From Tetramitus jugosus (Eukaryota; Protista; Heterolobosea), in contig OW569373.1 in NCBI GenBank assembly GCA_937625935.1, positions 186,001 through 250,000 of the forward strand: DNA of 64,000 nucleotides, in the 5' to 3' direction. Shown in pieces: positions 43,281 to 54,008 of the stretch; within the stretch, counting starts at the first letter, position 1, and each line of letters starts with the position of its first letter. Made by a program: the position numbers and the translations under genes. The notes under the pieces were generated by a model. That model worked only from the letters and a program-made list of their open reading frames with translations. It searched no databases and was not told where the DNA came from.

Positions 43281-46200
43281 ATGGCATACGATTCGAGGAG
43301 ACGAAAAAAGAAGGATGATAGCAGTGATGAAAGTGAAGAAGAGTCATCTTCTCATTCCTCATCCAACAATAGTGATGACAAGAGTGACAATGAATCATCA
43401 TCAACAAAGAGTGATGATGATGGCAGTGATGATGATGATGGTAGTGATAGTGAGAGTGATGATAACAACAACAACAACAACAAACAATCATCCATCACTG
43501 GTCTCCATCTCAGACAAAAAGCAAAACAATTGGCTCAATCCACAACAGACAACATTATTGTCAATTCAACCACACAACAATTACAAAAAATGAAACATTT
43601 ATTAACCGATAATAATAACAATAGTAGTAATGGTAGTAGTGGTGGATTAAGTAAAAGAAATAGTTTTTCCTTGTCATCATCAACTACATCATCAAGTGGC
43701 AATGCCATACAATCCTATCTCAAAACAGCCATCAAACAATCTACAACCAGTGCTACCAATGCCATGAATCTACCACAACAAATTCTCAAACAACAAATTC
43801 TCAAGAATGGATCACTCATGACTCACTTTAACAACAATAATAATAATGCTACGAGTGGTGGTGGTGGTAGTGGTGGTGATGGGAATCAACAAAAGACAAC
43901 AACAACGAGCTACAACATTGCAAGTCTAAGTCAATTGAAACAAATGGAGAGTGATCACGTGTTGGAGTCGTTTGATATGGACAAGGTGTACGAGTCACTT
44001 GAACCCTTTTCTGCCAACGATTTCGATCCCTATGAATACATTGATCAAGTGTACGATAAGACAAAGATGAAGAATCGAATGAGTAAGCGTGATCATTACT
44101 TGAAGAATCGATTGAAGAAGCAGACAATGAATGTTCAGCAAATGTATGAAAACAATACAAAAATGATCAAATCAGTGACGAATACAGTGTCTGGTGCAGT
44201 AACAAAGAACAAGATTGGAAAGTTGGTGACAAGTACAATTATTGGAAATAACAATAACGATGGAAATGAAAATGATGATGATGATGATGAGAAGAAGAAT
44301 AAGAAGAAGAAGAATGAAGTCATGAGTGATGATGAGTTGAGCGAGGATTCTGATGATGGTGGAGATGAGAGTGATGATGATTCTGATGATGACGATGACG
44401 ACGAATTGAGCGATGGCGAACATGCAAACAAGCATAAAAAGAAGAAACAAACCAAGAATGGCAATCAGAATGCGTCCAAGGATGCAACCAATAGTGGCTC
44501 GGGTGGCAATGATGCAAACAAGCATGAGTCATCCTCTCGATTGTCCACCAGAAAGAGAATCAAGAGTCTATTGATGACATCTCCGTTCCAAAATCACAAG
44601 AACAAGTCTGATGCATTGAAGGAGGCAGCTGCCAACAACAGTGGTGCATCATCACAGACCAAGGCACACATCAGTATCAAGAAGGGTGTGTTGAACATTG
44701 TGGGAGCAAGAAAGAAGAAGAAGGATCGAAGGAAGAAGCTCATGATGGAGTCATCATCGACACCGACAGAAGACAATGACAGTGATCCCTCATCAAACAT
44801 GGGCAAAGCATTGTCCAAGGGCAACTCTGGTGATAATGGATCGGGCAACCCCAACAGTGGTGATAATATTGTTGTTTCTGCGACAAAGAATACGACTAAC
44901 ATGGTCAAGGGTGTTGTGAAGGCAGCAATAGACAAGGAGGCTCAAATGAGACTCGTGTCCATCAAGAAACGAAACAAGAAGATTGTGATTCGCATGCGTA
45001 GTGTCTCACAAGAACAATTAGTGGTTCTCAAACAGTACAGAAGAAACATTTCGACAGAGTTGCAGAGAGAAGTCAACAGTCACTATACTCTGTTCATTAA
45101 TACGTCGAGAGCAGTGTCACAAATGGAGCAGGACTGGAATATGATTAGTTCTCATTTCAATGAAGTTGTCGATACGTGCAGGTTCATGAGTCAGTGGAAT
45201 GAACAGGAGACCAATCGAAGAATGAACAAGCTGAAACGAAGGATTGAACTGTTTAAGCAACAACAAGAGCAGATGCAGAATAATTCTTCTTCTTATAAGA
45301 GTGCCAGCAATGTAACCAATGATCCATTGACCTTACTGACTGAGATCAATGCAGAAATGGTTGCTGCTATCTATTCTCATCAGTTGGATTATGCCATGGA
45401 TCTGTTCTTGAGTGGAGTACAACTCGTGAATCAGTTGACTGATTTCAATTCAAATGTTGAACAGCAGAATAATGAACAACAACAAAAGAAGGATGTCCCA
45501 CAGAAAACAGCCAATAGAAACAGCAGTAGTGGAACGACACCAAGCAATGTAAATAGTCCAGCAAATACCCTTGCTGGGAGAGCCATGGCAAGAGCTAGTC
45601 GAAGAGGACGAACGCTGAGCATCGTATCGGATGAGACATTCCAGGAGATGGGAACTGTAAAAAATATGAGTGGTGGAGCAAACTCTCCGAACAGTGATGC
45701 CACCAACAAAAATGGAAAAGACAATAACAAGGTTGATGGCAGCGGTAGTACATGGGAGATTCACTATAAGCAGCTGATTCAAGTGATTCAAACATTTGAT
45801 GACAATTGTGCCCGTCTGCTGGATTTGATGCTCAGTGAGATTAGAATGAAGATTAATTGGTCATCGATTGAGTACTATCGCTCATTAATTAACAACTTGA
45901 CATTAATGGATGCGAAGAATGAGGCCATTTTCACTTACTTTGGATCACAAGCTGATTTGATTAGAGACAGTTTGTGTAAAATTACCGGAATGACTGGTGA
46001 TCCAGTGACTTATGCCTCTATCTTGTCTCGAAGATTCTTCAGATTGATTGCTGATGCTGCCAAGAGGTACAAGAGCATCTTTGGTGCTTCAACAGAGGTT
46101 AGCAACAACAATGACGATGATGACTACGGTCAAGCAAGTGGATTGGTTCAATGGCTTGCTAATGAGTTGCATCGAGATTATTGTTCCACTTTCAAGCAAC

Positions 46201-47918
46201 AAGTGTTCTCCGGGTGTAATCGAGATCTGGATTTGGTGACAGAGTGCTGTTTCATTGCTTTTGATCAGTCGAATCAACTCAAGCAAGAAGGTATCCATTT
46301 GAGTTACTTGGTTAGGGATAGCTTCACAGGAGATATTGCCAATGCCATTGAAACATTTGTCTGGAAGCATGAAGACAACATTTTTGCAAAGTTGAACACA
46401 GAGAGTTGGGTCGGTTCCATGTACAGTCTTCGATCTGATCTAGCTCCTATTTCATCAGTAGCATTTGGACTCTCGGATAAGATTTCACTCTATGTGACAG
46501 AGACTGGCAAATTATTGTACCTGTTCTGTGATCAGTTTATTAATTTGTTGAAGCGAGTTGCTTCGATTCAGTTGTATCAAACATGTGTCACTCATGTCAC
46601 TCGTCTATTTGAGCAACACTTGGTTCAAGTGTTCAAAATTGCAGTGTCTTCCAGTTTGAGCGACCCGCAATACTTTTCATTGATATGCAATGTCAATACG
46701 ATTGTGAATCGTCTGATCCCGTTTATAGGTGATTTACTAGAGAGGCTGTTTGCTCAAAAGGTTTCTGAAATGTCTGCTCTCGCATCCAAGACAAAGGACT
46801 TGGATGGTAGAATTATGAAGCAATACATTGAAAACAGAGTGAGCAGCATGTATTATGCACTAGAGATGAGTTCCAAGAGTTACCCAAAACAGAATCGATC
46901 AACCAGTCAGGTCATTTCAACAGTGGACGACATTCAAGTCTCATCCCCATTCAGGAAAATGATATTGTTCCTTGCTCGATTGAACACGATTATAACCAAT
47001 GAATTCTCCCACATGAAGAAGGGTGACACAATTATCGTGAACTTGTTGGAGAGACTAGCAAGTGTCTTGTCGAGCAAGAGTGATGTCACTAGTGTGTTCT
47101 GGCAGAGATTACCCACTTTGTCCTCAGACTCTAGCAAGTCCCCCAAGTCATCTCAGAGCAAGAAGAAGAAGAAGAAGAATAACAGCAAGAAGAAGCGTCA
47201 TGATAGTGATAGTGATGTCAGTGATGACAGTGACTCGGAGAAGAGCAGTGACAATGAGTCAGATGAGGAGGAATTAGATGATTCAGAAGAAGAACAATCA
47301 GAAGACGAGCATGATGAAGAATCAGAGGAGGAACACATGGATCCAAGTATCGTTCCATTCACGGACATTGATGTCTGCACCATTGTGTTAGACTTGAGAT
47401 TCTTGATCGAGAGCTGCAAGAGATTCATGAACTCAAAGACAAAACTTCAACTAACAGAATTTTACAAGATGATTGGAGACTTATCAACAACGCCTCTACC
47501 GCCACAGGACCTCTTCCTGAACAAGATTGAAGACTTGTTGGAACAGGATAATGATTTGGCTGAAGCGATTCGACAATTGGAAGAAGCACATGGTGGAGCT
47601 ATATCTCACAGGAGGTCCAATCGTACGAATACAAGTACAACTAGCGCCACAAGTCAAAAGGATGAAGCTACATCTGTCAGATCACCTTCGCCTTCCACTG
47701 CGCCTAGCACGTCCACTACGGCGAGGGCACCATCACCTGCAACTGCTGTAACAGACAAGATCAAGGAAACAAAGGAAACAAAGAAAACTAGGGAAACAAC
47801 ACAGGAAACAACAAGAGAACCATCAACCAGCTACAGTGCTGCAGAACCTACTGCAGTGGAGCCACAGCAATCAAAGAAACCATCGAGAAGAGAAAGAAAC
47901 TTTGCATTGGCAAAGTAA
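43281..47918 (+). CDS. Exocyst Exo84/EXOC8-like (Vps51-fold) tethering subunit
   Basis: FSANDFDPYEY and LQREVNSHYTLFINTSRAVSQME; later GDPVTYASILSRRFF..I and SGLVQW helical region. Confidence 0.75.
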   Translation: MAYDSRRRKKKDDSSDESEEESSSHSSSNNSDDKSDNESSSTKSDDDGSDDDDGSDSESDDNNNNNNKQSSITGLHLRQKAKQLAQSTTDNIIVNSTTQQLQKMKHLLTDNNNNSSNGSSGGLSKRNSFSLSSSTTSSSGNAIQSYLKTAIKQSTTSATNAMNLPQQILKQQILKNGSLMTHFNNNNNNATSGGGGSGGDGNQQKTTTTSYNIASLSQLKQMESDHVLESFDMDKVYESLEPFSANDFDPYEYIDQVYDKTKMKNRMSKRDHYLKNRLKKQTMNVQQMYENNTKMIKSVTNTVSGAVTKNKIGKLVTSTIIGNNNNDGNENDDDDDEKKNKKKKNEVMSDDELSEDSDDGGDESDDDSDDDDDDELSDGEHANKHKKKKQTKNGNQNASKDATNSGSGGNDANKHESSSRLSTRKRIKSLLMTSPFQNHKNKSDALKEAAANNSGASSQTKAHISIKKGVLNIVGARKKKKDRRKKLMMESSSTPTEDNDSDPSSNMGKALSKGNSGDNGSGNPNSGDNIVVSATKNTTNMVKGVVKAAIDKEAQMRLVSIKKRNKKIVIRMRSVSQEQLVVLKQYRRNISTELQREVNSHYTLFINTSRAVSQMEQDWNMISSHFNEVVDTCRFMSQWNEQETNRRMNKLKRRIELFKQQQEQMQNNSSSYKSASNVTNDPLTLLTEINAEMVAAIYSHQLDYAMDLFLSGVQLVNQLTDFNSNVEQQNNEQQQKKDVPQKTANRNSSSGTTPSNVNSPANTLAGRAMARASRRGRTLSIVSDETFQEMGTVKNMSGGANSPNSDATNKNGKDNNKVDGSGSTWEIHYKQLIQVIQTFDDNCARLLDLMLSEIRMKINWSSIEYYRSLINNLTLMDAKNEAIFTYFGSQADLIRDSLCKITGMTGDPVTYASILSRRFFRLIADAAKRYKSIFGASTEVSNNNDDDDYGQASGLVQWLANELHRDYCSTFKQQVFSGCNRDLDLVTECCFIAFDQSNQLKQEGIHLSYLVRDSFTGDIANAIETFVWKHEDNIFAKLNTESWVGSMYSLRSDLAPISSVAFGLSDKISLYVTETGKLLYLFCDQFINLLKRVASIQLYQTCVTHVTRLFEQHLVQVFKIAVSSSLSDPQYFSLICNVNTIVNRLIPFIGDLLERLFAQKVSEMSALASKTKDLDGRIMKQYIENRVSSMYYALEMSSKSYPKQNRSTSQVISTVDDIQVSSPFRKMILFLARLNTIITNEFSHMKKGDTIIVNLLERLASVLSSKSDVTSVFWQRLPTLSSDSSKSPKSSQSKKKKKKNNSKKKRHDSDSDVSDDSDSEKSSDNESDEEELDDSEEEQSEDEHDEESEEEHMDPSIVPFTDIDVCTIVLDLRFLIESCKRFMNSKTKLQLTEFYKMIGDLSTTPLPPQDLFLNKIEDLLEQDNDLAEAIRQLEEAHGGAISHRRSNRTNTSTTSATSQKDEATSVRSPSPSTAPSTSTTARAPSPATAVTDKIKETKETKKTRETTQETTREPSTSYSAAEPTAVEPQQSKKPSRRERNFALAK

Positions 47919-48219
47919 TTGATCTCTGTTTAGTAAAAGAATGATCTTATCAATACCGGTGTGTGTGTGTGATTGATTTTATAGATAAAGTTACAAGATG
48001 ATCATGGAACAGCAACAACAACAACAACCACCACAACATTACTCATAATCATGATTATTCTAGTCATATCTATCTGCTTCAATCATCTTCTTGTATTGAG
48101 ATGAGAATATGCTCGTTTCATGAGAGAGTGAATTTGTCATCGTCGCAGTCATCATCGTCTTTGGTCATTGTTCGTTGTTTGTCATTCTAGTAGTAGTAGT
48201 AGTAGTAGTCGTCATTCTA

Positions 48220-48722
48220 TTACTTTTCAATTGCTGTTGTTGTAGTTGCTGTAGTAGTTGCAATGGATGTACTGGTTGTTGTTGTTGTTGGATAGCGTTC
48301 AGGATGTACACTTGCGTCATACTTTCTGTACAGTTGATAGGCCGATGTCAGTGCAACAAACACATTGACAGTGAACAGACTCCAATTGATGGGATAGATT
48401 TGAGTAGAGTATCTGGCCCAAATGACACCTGTTGCAGCCAATGCAATGTTTTGATTGGTGGAAACGTTTTGTGGTGGTTTTCTCAAATCAGCAATATTGG
48501 CAAACACGAGTCCCCACTGTTTTATTATTATTGTGAGATTGTTATTTGTTATTTGTTATTTGTTATTTGTTGTTGTGATGATGAAAAAAGAGAGAGTCAA
48601 CAGGTTGTTGCTTGTTTGTTTGTTTTTGTATCCATATCACATACTTTGAATGCAGGTGCCCAGAAGAAGACAGTCTTTGGACCAGCTGGATGATTGATGA
48701 ATGCTGAGAATCTGGATGCCAT
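48220..48722 (-). CDS. MPC2: Mitochondrial pyruvate carrier (MPC2-like), 2 exons, 124 aa
   Basis: Exons 48722-48645 and 48516-48220: NHPAGPKTVFFWAPAFK|WGLVFANIAD..ATGVIWARYS..P.NWSLFTVN. Confidence 0.93.
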
Positions 48723-48947
48723 CTCTTATTGTTGTTGTTGTTGTTGGGATCACAAAGTGGTTGTTGTTTTGTTGGTGGTGGTGATTTTTGTGTTTTTCAA
48801 TTTCTGGTTAATGTCCGTGGGTCCGACAAAACGCGCGATTATCTCGCGGAATTACTGTATTCAGTTTCAGATGAAGGACTTACGATTCGGCCATCATTTA
48901 TTGAAATTAACAAAATCGCCCCTGAGATTCACTAGTGCAATTATTGT

Positions 48948-51164
48948 TTACTTTTCCTGTAAGTGCACGATAATCATTTCCATAGTCAAATTCATGTCTC
49001 CGTTACTCGCGATCACTACATCTAATACTTCTTTGGCTGTAGCATTATTTTCATCAATTTCAAGCAATTGACGACACAAATTTCTGGCTGTTGTTTTGTC
49101 TCCATCACTAATGGCACTCTTCAGATCATTATGTAACTTGCACAACTTGCGTTGTTCGTCTGTTGCATACGCTTCTGCACAAATCACTTCATACACATTT
49201 ATGGGAAGAGACTTGCCTTTCAAACCTACAAAAGCAAGCCATCGGCAAAGAAAAAGTCCATTCAGTGCCTTGTATGTGTTCTCTGTAATCATGATCTCTG
49301 TTCTATATCTCTTGTTGAGTGATTCACAGCGAGAAGCAATATTGACATCATCACCTAGAACTGTGTAATTCATTCGTTGTTCGCTACCTACATTTCCAAC
49401 TAAACAAACACCAGAGTTAACACCGATGCGCATGGATATGACGGGAAGATTTCTATGGACCCATGTTTCATTGAGCATTTTCAGTCTCTGTTTCATTTCC
49501 ACGGCAGCAGTCACCGAGAGAATTTCGTGATTGGGAACACTCTTCGGCGCATTCCATAGAGCCATGATAGCATCTCCTATGTACTTGTCCACTACACCTT
49601 GATGTTCCATAACGATATTGGACATGTTGGTGAAAAACTCGCTCATGAGCTGTACCAGATCATTGGGATCCATCTTTTCTGCAACAGAAGTAAAATCCTT
49701 GATATCTGTAAACATGACTGTGAGAGGTCTGGAGACTACACCTAGATTATTCTCCTCTCTCGATCTTACAATAGTCTTGACAATATCGGAGGGAACATAC
49801 TTTTCAAAATTGCGCAGTCCATGTTTCATTCGACCCAATGCACTCCTAAGTTCTCTCAGTTCAAACAACTTGTACGCATGAATGGTCGATTTGCTCTCAA
49901 ACTCCATATCAGCCACCAAGTCCATCTCGCGACACACTCTCCTCAATGGCCGAAACAGTACACTGCTAATTACAATGGCAATAAAAGCGGAGACGACGAG
50001 ACATACACTGCAAATGATGGCATTGATCTTGTTGGCTTCAATCACAGAGCCTACAATATCGCTGTTTGCTACATTTACCACCACCATCCATTCAATTCCA
50101 TATGGATCTACAATATCTTTCAGAGAGATCACTCGCTTTCCGTTGTTTCCCTTGTATGTGAACTCTAGAAGCTGAGGATGTTCCTTGTTGGTCAAATTTC
50201 GACGGAACACTTGTTCGATTGTCTCTCTAATCACAGGATCAGAGCTTTGATCCCCAGGGTTTCTGATAACTGTCGTTTGGTTCACAATTGTGTAAAAGTC
50301 TCCTGTAGAAGCAGCAATGAGAGAACCGTCTCTGCCCAACAACAAAACTCGCGTATTATTCAGAGACGGCAATGACCTCACATAGTTTGCAAATACATTC
50401 AGATCGACTTCGAGGGCAATGACACCGACAAATTGTCCGTTCAACAGGGAATAATAGGGCAGACTGAGTGTCATGATGAACTTGGGAGGTGAGTCCGCGG
50501 ATTGAAACGGAGGAGACCATATGGTTCGATTGAAATCGACGGCTAAACGATACCAGGGCCGCTTCTCGATGAAAAAATCTGTAATGGTGAATAGATGAGG
50601 TCCTATCGTGAGTGTGTTCAAATCAAATTGATTGAAGACTAGATTTCCTAAACCGTCTCCATTGAAAACATATTCAATGGAGCTTTGACGAGAGATGCCG
50701 AGTAAGGTGCCATTGGCCGCCTGACCAAACTCGACGGAAGAAACAATCGACGTGTGCTTGAAAACGGACATTGTCGCAATACTGGCATTTTCTGACAGTG
50801 AAGGAACAGGATGGCCCATTCTTTCCTGTATTTCATACGATGTGCGAGTCACGTTCAAGCATTGCACCACACTATTCAGTTGTTGAGCAACATTAAACGT
50901 TGTTCGGTCAATTAGATTTTTCCTAGCAATGATGGCGACTCTGCGCACACCTCTTGATGAAAAGGCATAGTTGGAGGGCCAGACACTCGCGGCAGTCATG
51001 ACAACCACCAACAGTATGAGCGCTGTGATTAACATTTGAAAAGACCACAACCGTCGCAGTGCCCTACAACAAATGTTTGGCTTCTCCTGACATTGTTTGG
51101 AGGGAGTGTTGATCTGAGGGGGCTCCACTTCAGGAGGCCGAGAAGGTGGTCCTCGATCTTTCAT
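48948..51164 (-). CDS. Receptor adenylyl cyclase: TM, dCache-like domain, TM, HAMP-like linker, class III cyclase
   Basis: RPWY and WSPPF Cache motifs; VMFTDIKDFT, VDKYIGDAIM, YTVLGDDVNIASRCE, LKGK. Confidence 0.92.
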   Translation of the reverse strand: MKDRGPPSRPPEVEPPQINTPSKQCQEKPNICCRALRRLWSFQMLITALILLVVVMTAASVWPSNYAFSSRGVRRVAIIARKNLIDRTTFNVAQQLNSVVQCLNVTRTSYEIQERMGHPVPSLSENASIATMSVFKHTSIVSSVEFGQAANGTLLGISRQSSIEYVFNGDGLGNLVFNQFDLNTLTIGPHLFTITDFFIEKRPWYRLAVDFNRTIWSPPFQSADSPPKFIMTLSLPYYSLLNGQFVGVIALEVDLNVFANYVRSLPSLNNTRVLLLGRDGSLIAASTGDFYTIVNQTTVIRNPGDQSSDPVIRETIEQVFRRNLTNKEHPQLLEFTYKGNNGKRVISLKDIVDPYGIEWMVVVNVANSDIVGSVIEANKINAIICSVCLVVSAFIAIVISSVLFRPLRRVCREMDLVADMEFESKSTIHAYKLFELRELRSALGRMKHGLRNFEKYVPSDIVKTIVRSREENNLGVVSRPLTVMFTDIKDFTSVAEKMDPNDLVQLMSEFFTNMSNIVMEHQGVVDKYIGDAIMALWNAPKSVPNHEILSVTAAVEMKQRLKMLNETWVHRNLPVISMRIGVNSGVCLVGNVGSEQRMNYTVLGDDVNIASRCESLNKRYRTEIMITENTYKALNGLFLCRWLAFVGLKGKSLPINVYEVICAEAYATDEQRKLCKLHNDLKSAISDGDKTTARNLCRQLLEIDENNATAKEVLDVVIASNGDMNLTMEMIIVHLQEK

Positions 51165-51650
51165 TGTGTATTTGCTTCGCGTTTGCTATTTTTCACACAC
51201 GCAACACAATACAACACACTCAAACCGGTCATTTTTAGAAGTGAACTCTTTGAACGTTTCATATTAGTCGCTCATTGACCCGTGATACCAAATATCTTGT
51301 TCGTGCTTTCATCCTCCTTGATCAGGATTGTTCGCGGTCTTAAAAAAAGATTTCAAGGTATATCACGGACGCTCACACGAGAGATCTCGTTGTCAACTGA
51401 CTCTCAGGTTGTATGGATTCGTTGCCTCTTTTCAACTCCAACAATTTCCAATCGCAGGACAAATCATTCTGCCAAGTGTTCGAGAGGTTTGAAACAAAGT
51501 CAAAGGTAATGACATACTGGTAGTAGTTCCACTGATGGCGATGTTCCTTTTGGTGGGTTGCTTTTTGTTCCTGCATAACTTGTGTCGGAGCTTTTTCCAC
51601 AGTGTTCTTTGGAGCAACAAACGAAAGGAACAACATATCGTCATCATGTA

Positions 51651-52724
51651 ATGGAGCTCATTCATCACTTACCACATGACACGGCACTCGTTGTGTTAAC
51701 CTTTTTAGAAATGAATGATTGGGTGACTATTCGACTTGTTTCCAAAACATGGGTGTTTTTCGAGCTGACTGCACAAAATCTGCTCTGGACATCTGTGTTC
51801 CAATCTGTGATTCATCACCCCAGGTATGAACCTGTTTTCAACAGTGTTTCAAGACAGATGGCTGGGGTGGTCAACTACAGAAACAAATTATTGATTTTGA
51901 GAGAGGCTCATACGCAGTACATGGCCACACTCATTCCAAAACGAATTGCATCCATCCAATCCCGTTTGCCTGTTTTGAACCACTGGCATCATAAGTACTA
52001 TGGTCTGGACAAGTTGAGCACATTCTTCACCAAGTTTCAATCAAAGAACGATTATGAACAATATTTTGGAACTTTTGATCCTCCGAGTTATATTGCGTCA
52101 TACCCTTCAGACTCTTACTACAACTTGAAGACTCAAGGCACTAACAAGGTTGTGGTCGTTGGAGATGCAGCAACAGGAAAGACTTGTCTGTTGATTCGAG
52201 TTGCAATGGACCTTTATCCCGAAGAGTACATTCCTACAGTGTTCGACAACTATTCCACAATCTTCAACTGGTATGGCGGAAGGAACATCAGTCTTTGGGA
52301 CACTGCAGGGATGGACGGCTACGATAGACTCAGACCACTCAGCTATCCATGTACAAATGTTTTTCTGGTTTGTTTCTCTGTGGTGAACATTCCAAGTTTT
52401 GAGAATGTGGCAACAGTGTGGTTGCCTGAATTGATACGCCACTGTCCTCAAGCAGTCGTTGTGCTCGTGGGCACCAAAGTTGATCTCAGAGATGATCCAG
52501 AGGTGTTAGCTTGTCTCAGAGCAAAGAACTTTGCGCCCATCACTGCCAAAGAGGGTGAAACCATGGCCAAACATCACAACTGTCTCTTGTACACTGAGAC
52601 GAGTGCACTCACAGGTCACAACCTGGGAAAGCATTTTTTTGAAACGATTGTCAAGAGTTCGCTCTTGGGTCTCCATTGGAACCAATATCCAGGTGGAAAA
52701 GAAAAAAAGTGCATCGTTTGTTGA
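51651..52724 (+). CDS. F-box domain fused to a Rho-family GTPase
   Basis: LPHDTALVVLTFLEMNDWVTIRLVSKTW; GDAATGKT, EYIPTVFDNY, LWDTAG, YDRLRPLSYP, GTKVDLR, ETSA; C-terminal KKCIVC CAAX. Confidence 0.9.
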   Translation: MELIHHLPHDTALVVLTFLEMNDWVTIRLVSKTWVFFELTAQNLLWTSVFQSVIHHPRYEPVFNSVSRQMAGVVNYRNKLLILREAHTQYMATLIPKRIASIQSRLPVLNHWHHKYYGLDKLSTFFTKFQSKNDYEQYFGTFDPPSYIASYPSDSYYNLKTQGTNKVVVVGDAATGKTCLLIRVAMDLYPEEYIPTVFDNYSTIFNWYGGRNISLWDTAGMDGYDRLRPLSYPCTNVFLVCFSVVNIPSFENVATVWLPELIRHCPQAVVVLVGTKVDLRDDPEVLACLRAKNFAPITAKEGETMAKHHNCLLYTETSALTGHNLGKHFFETIVKSSLLGLHWNQYPGGKEKKCIVC

Positions 52725-52949
52725 CCAAGTTGGATACAGTTGTATTCACAAACACTGACATGTCAATTTGAAACTTCAAATTCCTTTCATCTCTCCGACA
52801 AGATCTTTTTTTTCTTCGTGCTTGAAAAACGACGACGACGCAGCTTCCAAAAACACCAACATTTGCACAATTGTGATCACCACAACATCACTCTCATACA
52901 ACAACAACAACAACAACAACAAGTGAATAAATAAAATAGATCAAAAACC

Positions 52950-54008
52950 ATGGTGAATCAAGTAGAGAATTGGTACACCAACATACCCATCATCACTCGT
53001 TGTATTCTAACGATATCAGCCATCATGAGTTGTTTGGTGACATTGGATGTACTGTCACCGTTGCACCTCTATCTCAACTATAGACAAATGTGGGCACCAA
53101 AGTATCAAGTATGGAGACTGGTGACTCATTTTTTCTTTTTTGATCGATTGAGCATCAATTTTGTATTGCACATGTACTTTGTGTATTTTTATTGTACGAG
53201 ATTGGAGGAGCACACTTTTCATCGCAAGTCTGCTGACTTTCTCATCATGCTAGTGTTTGGAATGGTGAGTATGATGGCTCTCTCCCCACTTCTCACCTTT
53301 CTAATGAATACACTATCCAGTGCCTATCATCAATTGTTGTTCATGTTGATGATGACAACAACAACAACAGATGGTAGTGGTAGTAGTAGTGGTGGTGGTG
53401 GTGGTACTGATGGTGGTACTGGTAGTAGTAGTAGTCACATGCATCATTATCAACCTTCAACCACCAATCCATTCATGTCTCATTCACTGGTCATCATGAT
53501 GCTGTACGTGTGGAGCAGATGCAATCCACATGAGAGACTGAGACTGTACGGTTTGTTTACGATTGGTGCCGGTTATTTGAGTTATGTGCTGTTGGTGTTG
53601 GGCATGTTGATGGGCATGAATCCATTGAATGATTTGATTGGTATACTCGTAGGTCACATGTACTACTTTGTCAATCATGTGCTCGTGTCAGAGTATCCTC
53701 ACATGAGACCCATGATTCAATCCCCACTCTTTCTACGTCGATTACTCAATCAACAACAACAACTAGAACCAGAACAAGAGTATCAGGAAGAAGAACAACA
53801 ACTAGAACTAGAACCAGAACTGGAAGAACATCAGGAAGAATATGTTGTTGAGGAAGAGAATCATGAATTGTATCACAATCCTCAAGAAGAGAATGTTGAT
53901 CATGTCAATGATAATGAACAACATCATGAACATGCAGAGGAATCAAACAATCGGACTCTTCGACGGCGCATGCAAGAGGATTATGAGAATGATGACCATG
54001 TAGAATAA
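52950..54008 (+). CDS. Derlin (Der1/Derlin-2-like)
   Basis: IPIITR, QVWRLVT.FFFF, RLEE..F..KSADF, YVWSR.NP, GILVGHMYYF. Confidence 0.92.
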   Translation: MVNQVENWYTNIPIITRCILTISAIMSCLVTLDVLSPLHLYLNYRQMWAPKYQVWRLVTHFFFFDRLSINFVLHMYFVYFYCTRLEEHTFHRKSADFLIMLVFGMVSMMALSPLLTFLMNTLSSAYHQLLFMLMMTTTTTDGSGSSSGGGGGTDGGTGSSSSHMHHYQPSTTNPFMSHSLVIMMLYVWSRCNPHERLRLYGLFTIGAGYLSYVLLVLGMLMGMNPLNDLIGILVGHMYYFVNHVLVSEYPHMRPMIQSPLFLRRLLNQQQQLEPEQEYQEEEQQLELEPELEEHQEEYVVEEENHELYHNPQEENVDHVNDNEQHHEHAEESNNRTLRRRMQEDYENDDHVE

